Assembly: GCA_030704615.1 (NCBI GenBank) | Contig: CM060733.1 | Location: 22,506,001-22,570,000, forward strand | Reading direction: 5' to 3' | Length of the DNA stretch: 64,000 bases | Origin: Takakia lepidozioides | Taxonomy: Eukaryota > Plantae > Bryophyta | Shown: positions 40,025-50,618 of the stretch, one piece after another | Numbering within the stretch: position 1 is the stretch's first letter | Layout: each line of letters starts with the position of its first letter | Notes under the pieces: generated by a model | The model's input: the letters and a program-made list of their open reading frames with translations, nothing else | Databases searched by the model: none | Told to the model about the DNA's origin: nothing | Translations under genes and position numbers: made by a program

Positions 40025-43000
40025 TGTCAAGTTAAATAAACACAGTGTGAAACTAGCTAGAAAAGCTAGTTATTTATATTTAATACTTGGATTTAGTTCA
40101 AGTGTTAAGTCAAGTGTCAAGTTTAGCTTGTTACCTGAACCATCTTATCTTCACGAGAGCGTCAGTCGTGCGGCTCATCTCTCTCGAGTTGAGCCTGCAC
40201 GACCGAACTCCTTCACTGCTTAGAATCTAAGTGTGCTTATGAAGGGAGAATAGGATGTTGTGGGGTGGAGTCCCCATAGCTTGGGGTGCCCCTGGCTCAA
40301 CTCGTAGTTTTAATGAGTGATTGTGTTGTATTGAGTGTTTCTGTGTCAACAGTGTGATTTTAGTTTTCAATCACTCGAGAGAGATCAGCTTGCATCTGTC
40401 AGTGCCAGAGGTGAGTTTAGTTTACGCACTTGTGGTTTTTGTTTTGAAAGTGAGAGAAGAAAATTATGGTGGTTTGTAGATTATGTTTGTGACAAGCTGG
40501 TTGGAGACAGAGAAGTGATTATCTGTGTTCAGGCTCTGGTATTTTTGTTTATGTGATCTGCCAACTCGTCAGCCGCAGCAACAACGCATAGGAACACGAA
40601 GTCGGGGCGTTGTGCAGGTTACACTAGAGCTGGAATGGTTTTAGCATAACTTTGGAGGATTCGAAGCAGACATGCTTTCTATGTTGGTTCAGCCTACCTT
40701 GCCTTTATACCAGGCACTCAATGGGAACGTAGCAGCTCCTTCGAACGTCTGAAATGTACGAGCCCTGTTGTATTTGATGAGTTGAAACTGACCCAGTAGC
40801 AGTCATCAATTGCAGATAGGTGTCACGAAAGGAGCAGGTTGCAAGCTGCAGCAAGCTCCGGATTGGAGCTAAAGGGGAAGGGCACCCATGTAAAGCAGAA
40901 TTGGGAAGCATGGGCCTTGAACAGGTGTAGCGTGGCAGCAGGTGGGGCGGTGCAATCGTAGTGTGGGATGGTTAAGTGTGTGCGTCAAGTGTATGACCTT
41001 GTGTCCGTCGACCCTCAGCCTAGACCATGACCTGCCCCTCTCTCTTCCCGGGGCTCTTGGAGGGTATTGGTGTTCGGAAGTTTATACAACCACTCATAGT
41101 GAAGAGGGAGTGCACTTTTACTTCGAGTGCTTGGAAATCCCCTCGGGTCTTAAGTGGATCTCTGGCAAGTACAACTCAGACCTCCTCAATTGGGGAGTGT
41201 ATGTCATGGCCAATACGGAGGGCTTCAGCTTGTTGTAATTCTGTTGTTGAGTACCGAGGTTTGCGCAAGAGGGTCAAACACATCAAGGCAAGGTCCAGCA
41301 CTGCTGCCTGTTGTGGTGCCTCACATGAGCCTCAAACATCATCCGACATAAAAAACGAAAGGTGATTGCCCCAACGAACCTCCAAGCCAAACTGGGAGCG
41401 ATAACCTATTGACTGGATGAGAGCAAAGAGAAACCCAGGAATCGGGTATGCTACCAGAGATAGTGTTGCTGGCATGAATTCAGGAGAGCAGAAGGAGCCA
41501 TTTCCCAAAAGTGAGAGAAATGGGAGAAGCCCGCGGAATCCCAGGCTGCCCATGTCTTGGAGTTCTTGACGAAGAGATGCACTCCCTTTGGAGCGCCAGG
41601 CCTGAGATCCGTGCCATATACCTTTAGAGTCGGGCGTACCTTGAATCAGCCATCTGAAAGAAGAAGGCCACTGCCCTGCAACAGGAGACAATGACATGAC
41701 GTGTTGTCTGACCAACATACTCCAAGGTGTTGCAATCAACGGCCAAGCTCTTGTATGCCCTGCTCTGCTCCTGTTGTGCTGAATGTGGTGAAGTGAAGCT
41801 GTGGTTCCGATATGGTAGATGTGTTGTGCAAGTCCAACAACCATCCACAAAGCTTTCGATTGCAGGGCGCCTGTCCATAAGCCATCCAAAGAATTGGAGT
41901 AAGAAGCGGGCTGGATCGTAGCAAGCTCATAGGCCTGGTCTGCTCCCTGTTTGGGAAAAAAAAAAAAAAAAAAAAAAAAAAACGTGGGAACAGGGAATTA
42001 AAGGAAACCAATTGAAAATAGTTTTTCCTTGTATTTGTTTCTATTTAAGGTCATATATTATATTTACAGAGCCTCTTTGGCCATAGCTTTGTCATATGAG
42101 CTCCGTTTGACACAGTTTTTGAGGGGATAGCTGTAGAAAGGGGAAATCTACCTATCTATTTTAGTTTTTTGGACTCAGCTAAAAATCTATGGAATTTTTT
42201 GAGTGTGAGTGACAGTGTGAGGGTGCTATGAAAGATCCACAATTCTGTTTCTAGAACCTGTTGTGGTCTACATGAGAGACAAATCTGTGGATGTCTTCCT
42301 TGTATGGCTGGGGGAAATGAGGACATAATTGAAGGGCAGGTCTCTTCTCTTAGCCTGTGCACACAATGGGACAAGATTTATGTTTCTCAAGGGGCTCAGA
42401 CTGATTTGAGTGGAGAGCAGTTGGACGTGTTGATTGCATACTGAGAGTCAGGCATTAGCAATAGACAACAAACTGCTGTAGTTGGCGTTGAGGGCCTCAA
42501 TATTGCTTTGGACAGCCAGAACTCTGTTGGAGCAAGCAATTCTGCAGCTGTAGGTGAAATACCAAAGTGGGTGGAAGCTAGGCTTGGAACACAACCAAAG
42601 ACAGCCCCGGGGACCAAGGTGTTCAGTCACAAGGCCGTGGTGTACTGGAGCAGAGGAGCAGGAGCTGCACAAGTTTTTGCAATCAAACGTGGTTGCAGCC
42701 GGACACGCTCTGCTCGAGGCAACCACGAATGGGGGTTCATTAGCAACAAACAGTTTGTTCTGCTTGAAGGAGATGCAGTCATTCGCAACGAGGATACCCG
42801 CAACCGTCTGAAAGCTTTCGAGTTGAGAGACTGTCAGACCCTACCTTTATTTTCTTTAGTATTCAGTGAGCGGGAGATATGGGAGTATTGTTTTGTCTCT
42901 ACCTGGCAGAGAGAGGAGGAGGGTTGGTTAGAGCGAGCTACTGTAGCTTGGGATAAGGTTAGTGGCAGGTTTTTGGATATAGATATACCTCCCACACCTT

Positions 43001-43620
43001 ACCATCATGCAGAGCGAGGCACTTTGAGAGAAGTCTGGCAGTTGATAGCATAGATCAGAATTAGATCTTGCTTGGTCGGACCTCTATTCTTCCCCTCCCT
43101 CTCTTAATTATTTTCATTACTTTGTACTTGTAGTTGCCAAAGCCTCTCTTGGTGGAGGCCAGTCAGTCCGGGGTTTTTGGGCTGGGGTATTCTGCAGGAG
43201 CAGCACTGTGGAGGGATTTTGGTGTGGGGGTGTTGATGTTTTGGTTTCTTGTGTTTGGATCCCCCCACACCTGCATGCTTGACTGTGCGCCATGTTGGTT
43301 TTGTGTGGGCGCTTGCTTTCATAGGGATTAGGTCGGATTTGATCACCGGTCAATCCTAGAGTATGTTGTCGGTGGTGAGGCTGGAGTGATGACCAGCAAG
43401 ACCACCAGTGTTTTTTTCTATGGTGAGGCTGGGTTGATGACCAGCCAACCATAGAAGTTCTTGCGGTGGATGCAGGTGCAGGTGCCCTTAGCCACTGGGA
43501 TATGACCCTTAATCCGCAACAGGTGCTCACCCGTGTCACTATTAGAATTAGTACTAGAGCCTTATAGTGTCACGTGGGGGAGGTGCGGGTTGTGAGTGTC
43601 ATCACGGACTTACCCAAGGG
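40025..43620 (+). mobile_element. Truncated 5' part of a second member of the PHD-integrase gypsy family
   Basis: Begins TGTCAAGTTAAATAA like 44354; repeat A spans 40025-40373; ~42070-43620 is homologous to ~46715-48240 and breaks off at the gag start. Confidence 0.88.
42304..43053 (+). pseudogene. Extra ORF upstream of gag (one TGA at 42442)
   Basis: Highly similar to 46924..47673. Confidence 0.7.
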
Positions 43621-43629
43621 TTTTGAGGG

Positions 43630-44010
43630 GAGTACGGCTACAGGGAGCCCTGAACTGGAAATTCGGCGCCATTTTTCCCGGTTTGGCCCGAAGATGGCTA
43701 AGTCCCAGAACCGCAGTAGGGCCTAGAACTGGAAAAATGGCGCCGAATTTCCAGTTCAGGGCCAGCCACCCTAAGGACTTAGCCCGAAAATGGCTAAGTC
43801 CCTGAACGGCAATAGGGCCTAGAACTGGAAAATGGCGCCAAATTTCCAGTTCAGGGCCAGCCACCCTAGGGACTTAGCCCGAAAATGGCTACGTCCCTGA
43901 ACGGCAATAGGGCCTAGAACTGGAAAATGGCGCCGAATTTCCACTTCAGGGCCAGCCAGTCTAGGGACTTGGCCATTTTCGGAGCCCTGACTGGAAATTC
44001 GGCGCCATTT
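43630..44010. repeat. Intronic GGCGCC palindrome array
   Basis: Near-identical to 5450-5715. Confidence 0.9.
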
Positions 44011-45799
44011 CCCCTAACACCACATGAGGCCTCTAACATCCTGAAATGCAAGGACTTGAAAGAAAGGCAGCGCGTATGTACCTGTACAGAAGGCGCATTG
44101 CTGCTTTGTCCGCGTTCGGATGGTCGGTGAACTCGTGGCTCCGGCGAGCATCTGCTATCTCCCGAAAGAATAGGTTGGTTTTGTATAGCAGAAAGTACCT
44201 TGTCACATAGTCACGTAGGCTCTCTGCTACAGGAGATATCTCCATCTTGAACTGATGTGCTTGTGTGTCCAGCTGCTCTTGCGCATTCGTCGTCACCTGT
44301 GGAGATCCTCCATCAGATCGCTTTCCTCAAAAAATACAATGAATCCACCCCCTTGTCAAGTTAAATAAGCGCAGTGTGAAAACAACTAGAATAAAGCTAG
44401 TTATTTGTATTTAACACTTGGATTTAGGTCGTCTTAAATCAGGTGTCAAGTTTAGTTTGACACCTGAACCGTCTTATCTTCACGAGAGCGGCAGTCGCGC
44501 AGCTCATCTCTCTCGAGTTGAGCCTGCGCGACCGAGCTCCTTCATGCGTTTAGATCTGAGTGTGCTTATGATGGGAGTGTAGGTTGTTGTGGGGTGGAGT
44601 CCCCATAGCTTGGGGTGCCCCTGGCTTGACTTCTATTTTAAAGAGTGATAGCGATGGATTTCATATTTCTTGTGTTGAGAGTGTGTGTCCTTTAGCTTTC
44701 TTATCACTCGAGAGAGATGAGGCTTGCATCTGTGAGTGCCAGATATGAGTTTAGTTTTAGCACTTGTGGTTTTTGTTTTAAGAGTGAGAGAAGCAAGTTA
44801 AGTAAGCGAGGAGGGTGAGCACGCAGGGCACACCAGGGCCGAGATTAGTGTGTAGGGTACGGCAGCAGCACGCTTGTGTTGCGTGCTTGCTTGGCTTGTT
44901 GTGCGTGAGTGTTGCGACCTCCATGTCGTGGTTCCGGTCGCTGCGCTACACCTCCACGTGGACCAATTTTCTGTTCCGTTCCAAGTCGCAGATCAGGCGC
45001 AGCTCGGGGTTGTGCCGGGGTGTGGGGATGCATGGGCTGCCACCATATTCAGCATGCACCAGCCTTATTACGTTGTGTGGCCTTCACGCTGTTCCTTGAA
45101 TTGCTAGTGACCGTGGAGGGATTTTAAGGTGGGCGTTGTGTTTTCTGCGTCTCAATTGCAGCCTATATGTAGAAGCACTACAGCGAGGTGAAATTCATCA
45201 CACAACTAGCTTTGTGGGAGGTGTGATCGCATTACGAGGACTCCTGGTAACAAAATGTCTGCCATCATGGCACGGCAGGTGGAATTTGAAACGCAACTCT
45301 GGTAATTGGAAGAGATTATGTGCTGCTTGAGAAAAGCTAGCATTTGAATTATGGGTGAGGATGATGAATTTCGAACTGGAGAATCGCAATGTGTGGAGTT
45401 GTAAAGCACAACAACACCTGAGCCTATGTAGTGGCCTTAGATTACAGTGCACAAGCAGGCAGGTGCCAACAGTCTGCGTGCCGGTAAGAGACGGAGGGCA
45501 CGGACGACACTCGCAAGGCCCGACCACTCAGCAACCTCTGCTACCGCACAGCATCCACGCCTGCAGCGGGAGTCACCAAGGCCCTGGCAGCTACGGTCGC
45601 TACAGTCGGTTTTCCCTGCATCGGAATTCCAGAGGCCATCTCAAACAAGGAAGTAAGGTGTAATCTAAGCTGCACTTTTCTTCTTTCCCACCCAATCACG
45701 AGTGAAAGCTTCCGATTCCGTCTGCATAAATTCTAGCCTTGAATCAATGAAGTGACCACAACCTGCATGTGCTGGCCGAGATCAACTGAGTCAGCCTAC

Positions 45800-46168
45800 T
45801 CAGTCCTGGGCTTTGGCAGCCTGCTTCTCCTTTGACCTCTGAATCTTCAGCACTTTCTTCACTATTTTCTGCTCTTCGACTAGAAAAGCACGGATGATGC
45901 GCTCACGCACGGCAGAGCCAGACATATTGCCTCCATAGGCTTTGTTCACTGTCTTCCGGTGCCTGTGTAGTCGCGATGTCTTGTACTCAGTGGGCCGCAA
46001 GTGGGGAATCCCAGCGATGCGTTTCCCAGTGATGGAGCATTTGGGACCTTTCGCCCGCTTCTTGGCGATTTGAAATACAAGCCTTCCACCTGGCGTCTTT
46101 ACAACGCGAGTTTGGTTAGACTTGGTGGCATAGCTGTGCCTGCGGCGGTATGTGAGCCGCTGAACCAT
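45800..46168 (-). CDS. RPL34: 60S ribosomal protein L34 (eL34), intronless retrocopy inside the LTR element
   Basis: [28 protein letters not shown]...[19 protein letters not shown]; intact ORF with a CT-rich 5' leader. Confidence 0.95.
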   Translation of the reverse strand: MVQRLTYRRRHSYATKSNQTRVVKTPGGRLVFQIAKKRAKGPKCSITGKRIAGIPHLRPTEYKTSRLHRHRKTVNKAYGGNMSGSAVRERIIRAFLVEEQKIVKKVLKIQRSKEKQAAKAQD

Positions 46169-46923
46169 GGTGCTAAGCGCTTGCCTGCTCTATGTGAGAG
46201 AGAGAGAGCTGGCGATATCGCTATTCAGTGAGACAAGGGCTTGCGGGTACAAGCCCTGCTGGTGTGAGAGCTGCTGCAGGCAGTAGAGTCGGCTGTTGGT
46301 GAGGCGAGATAGAAGCACTTTGGGTCTTCAATCCTGAGTACCTCTTTCAGAATATTAAATCCCAACAGACATCAATACATGTGGGAAAGACCTCATATCG
46401 CATGTATAAGCATCCCCAGCCATTGGAATGGCGTTGTGCGGCATAGTGAGGAGACGATGCAGGGCGTCCATGGCAGCGAGCACGCAAGAAGAAGCAAGTA
46501 GCACTGAAGACACAGGATCGCAGTGAGGATCAGAAGGACCCAACAGCCCCAGTACTTGAGCGTTGTTCGACACCAGCTTGATTTTGCATAGACCTGGAGG
46601 GGAACGGCCTCGGGAACCCGTAGATAACCTGGGAACAGGTTGTAATGGCGAGAACGTTTTGGTGTTTATAAAAAAAAAAAAAAAAAAAAAACCCTTTTGA
46701 TCTAATTTAAATGATTTAGAGCCTGATTGGTCATAACTTTGTCAGATGGACTCCGTTTGACTCAGTTTTTGGGGGAATAGCTGCAGAAAGGGGAAATCTA
46801 CCTATCTCTGCTAAAAATCTATGGAATTTTTAGAGTGTGAGTGTGCCATGAAGGATCCCCAATTCTGTTTCTAGAACCTGTGCTGGTCTATATGAGAGAC
46901 AAATCTGTGGATGTCCTCCTTGT

Positions 46924-47673
46924 ATGGCTGGGGGAAATGAGGACGTAATTGAAGGGCAGGTCTCATCTCTTAGCCTGTGCACACAAGGGGACAAGATTTA
47001 TGTTTCCCAAGGAACTCAGACTGATTTGAGTGGAGAACAGTTGGACGAGTTGATTGCATACTGGGAGTCAGGCATTAGCAGTAGACAACAAACTGCTGTA
47101 GTTGGCGTTGAGGGCCTCAATATTGCCTTGGACAGTCAGAACTCTGTTGGAGCCAGCAGTTCTGCAGCTGTAAGTGAAATACCAAAGTGGGTGAAAGCTA
47201 GGCTTGGAACACAGCCAAAGACAGCCCCGGGGACCAAGGTGTTCAGCCACAAGGCCGTGGTGTACTGGAGTAGAGGAGCAGGAGCTACACAAGTTTGTGC
47301 AATCAGACAGCGTTGCAGCCGGACACGCTCTGCACAAGGCAACCACGAGCGGGGGTTCATTAGCGAGGACAAGTTTGTTCTGTTTGAAGGAGATGCAATC
47401 ATTCGCAATGAGGACACCCGCAACCGTCTCAAAGCCTTTGAGTTGAGAGACTATCAGACCCTACCTTTGTTTTCTTTAGTGTTCAGTGAGCGGGAGATAG
47501 CAGAGTGTTGCTTTGTCTCTACCTGGTAGAAAGAGGAGGAGGGTTGGTTAGAGCGAGCTACTGTAGCTTGGGACAAGGTTAGTGGCAGGTTTCTGGACAT
47601 AGATATACCTCATACACCTTACCATCATGCAGAGCGAGGCACTTTGAGAGAAGTCTGGCAGTTGATAGCATAG
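46924..47673 (+). pseudogene. Extra ~249-codon ORF upstream of gag (one TAG at 47527)
   Basis: Conserved with 42304..43053; the single stops lie at different positions in the two copies. Confidence 0.7.
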
Positions 47674-48215
47674 ATCAAGATTAGATCTTGCTTGGGGCGG
47701 GCTTTTATTCTTCCCCTCCATCTCTGTACTATTTTCATTACCTTGTACTTGTAGTTACCAAAGCCTCTCTTGGTGGAGGCCAGTCAGTCCGGGGTTTTGG
47801 GCTGGGATATTTTGCAGGTCAGCACTGCAGATGGATTTTGATGTGGGGGTGTTGATGTTTTGATTTCTTGTGTTTGGATCCCCCCCAACACCTGCATGCT
47901 TGACTGTGCGCCATGTTGATTTTGTGTGGGCGCTTGCTTTCATAGGGATTAGGCCGGATTTGATCACCGGTCAATCCTAGAGTATGTTGTCGGTGGTGAG
48001 GCTAGAGTGATGACCAGCAAGACCACCAGTGTTTCTTCTATGGTGAGACTGGGTTGATGACCAGCCAACCATATGAGTTCTTGCGGTGGATGCAGGTGCA
48101 GGTGCCCTGAGCCACTGGGATATGACCCTTAAACTGCAACAGGTGCCTACCCGTGTCACTATTATAATTAGTAATAGAGCCTTATAGTGTCACGTGGGGG
48201 AGGTGCACATTGTGA

Positions 48216-49115
48216 GTGTCATCACGGAGTTACCCAGGGGTTATTAGTGCAGAGTCAGACACAGACTCGGAGGCTTCATCAACAGGTGTGCAGTTTCATT
48301 CGCCATTGTTGTGGGATGACAGGAAGGAGATGTATGGAGCTACCAAGGGGCCTCGTAGGTACTCTGGAGCTGTGGGCACAATCGAGTTGGCTGACTTTAT
48401 CGAGGAGTTCGACAGCTGGTGTGATTTGCAGCAGATGCGCAATCCACAGCTATTCACCCCATTCATGGCATGGAAGGGACTGTTCCAGCATTTGGAAGGC
48501 CCGCCTATGGACGATTACCACGAGTTCAGGCGAGGACATAAAGCAGAGATTGAGGAGTGGAAGATGTATTGGTCACCTGACTACGTCTCCATTACTCGAG
48601 GCACGACGCGACCAGTAGCTGCATCAGTACCAATATCTTCCACTGCCAGCACTAGTAGTGGAGTAAGTAGTGCCGGTACTTCTGCATGTGGTACCAGTTC
48701 AAAAGGTGCTACTACTCCTCCTGCCACGACTACAACACATGTGCCTAGATTCAACCCGATGGTGGAGTTCTTCCAGGAGTTGCGGAGGAACTATCAAGGT
48801 GTACGGACAGAGAAGCTGCGAAGTTTGCAAGACTTCCAGCGCAAACCCAGTGAGAGCCTGCGAGAGGCGTACACTCGTATGAGGCGCTTGATAAGTGTGA
48901 CCCAAGGGGTTACTGAAGCTCAGGCAATCCAGTTTTGGTATGGAATTCTAGACAAGGAGCTCAAGAGAAGGGTGTGAGATGCAACCCTGTTACAAGCAGC
49001 CCAACCCACATTAGCAGATGTGTTTCTGCTGGCTGAGCGGATTGAGCTCAACATGGTGGAGGAGCGAGTTGTTACCATTGGATTTGGTAAGGACATGCCT
49101 GCACAACAGGGATGA
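48216..49115 (+). mobile_element. gag (disrupted)
   Basis: FQRKPSESLREAYTRMRRL retrotransposon-gag-like motif; stop at 48975. Confidence 0.75.
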
Positions 49116-49169
49116 CTGTAGATCAAGTGTCTGAGGACCCTGAGGCCAGCAATGAGCAAGGTTGCGCCA

Positions 49170-50618
49170 AAGATATACATGAGGATTCAGTTGTGTTGGA
49201 CTACCTCCGCACTGGAGACACTGCAGCCACTGTGACTGCCAAGGAGAGGGATCGGATCCTACAATGAGCCAAGAGGTTCAAATGGGAGGGGACACACCTG
49301 CTCCGAGTGTGGGAGGATGGTCGAGTGAGGATTGTGCCTCACCCAATACAGCGGGCACGGTTAGTGCGGCATGCCCATGAGGAATTGGGGCATTTTGGGG
49401 TGCGACGCACTCATAGTCTACTGCAGGGGCAGTATTGGTGGCATGGTATGCACACAGAGGTGCAACAATTTGTGGCTAGGTGCATGGTGTGTGACAGGGT
49501 GCGTGCTTCATTCAATGCCCCTACTCCACAATTGCACCCTCTTCCGATCATGGGATTGGGCTACAGGTGGAGTCTTGACTTTACAGGGCCGTTGCCACTG
49601 ACCATGCGCCACAACAAGTACGTGTTGGTGATGGTGGAGCACTTCTCCAAGTGGATTGAATTGGTTCCATTGCCTGATAAGGCTAGTGAGGGAGCTGCGT
49701 ATGCATTCTTGGATTGTGTGCTTAGCCGATTCGGTGCTCAAGCTGAGGTACTCACGGACCAAGGGAGAGAGTTCTTGGGGGAGTTTCAGGCTTTGTGTGA
49801 CAAGGCCTTGATAGACCACCGCACCACTTCTCGGGATCATCCTGAGGCCGATGGCTTGGCAGAGAGAGTTGTTCAGACAGTAAAGAGGGGTTTGCGCAAG
49901 TATGGCTTGCAGAAGGGACACCTAGGAGATTGGGACCTTCAGTTACCCTGGTTAGCCATGGGCTACAGGTTCAGCAAGCAAGCATCACTTGCCTCCTTCT
50001 CACCATACTTTCTTCTCTTTGGCCGAGAGCCGGATTTGCCTATATCCATTCGCAGAGAAGCTGCTACAGTTCTTAACCTTGACGATCCGGACGTGTGGGC
50101 ACATGCATGTGAGCAGCGTGCAGAGTTGTTCAATAGAGTCATGCCCATGGCTTTCGAGAACCTTGCCATTGCACAACACCATGATACGTTGAGGTATGCT
50201 ACCATACGTGGTGGGGGCTATCGTCCTGGGGTTCGGAGATTCAACCCTGGTGACTATGTCTTATCTGCAGCAAACTGCTCCTACGACCTTGGATGTGACT
50301 GCAGGACGTGTTATTTTGAGGGTTCGAGAGGTCTTACCCTCAGGCGTCTTGGTCTTGGAGGGTCGGGATGGCATAACTTGGAAGGACCATGTGCGTAATT
50401 GTGCGCCATGTCACCGTCCGAATGTCGATGGCAGGATAGACCCAAACTTGGCAGTGGTATCTGCAAGTTTGAGGTGCATGTTGTGTGGGTCTGCTAGAGG
50501 GGCAGCCACCATGCTGGTGTGTGATCGATACTCTAGAGGTTGGCATATGGGATGCTTGACTCCACCTCTTGAGATGGTTCCGGATGGGGATTGGTTATGT
50601 CCACATTGCATTGGATAG
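49170..50618 (+). mobile_element. Integrase with C-terminal PHD finger (frameshift ~50261)
   Basis: AHEELGHFG...CMVCDR, WSLDFTGP, LTDQGREF and DGLAE; then CMLC...LVCDRY...WHMGCLTPPL..VPDGDWLCPHC. Confidence 0.9.

Noticed and set aside
46669-46691. Poly(A) tail of the RPL34 retrocopy
   Set aside because: It is on the wrong strand and at the wrong end relative to the minus-strand ORF.
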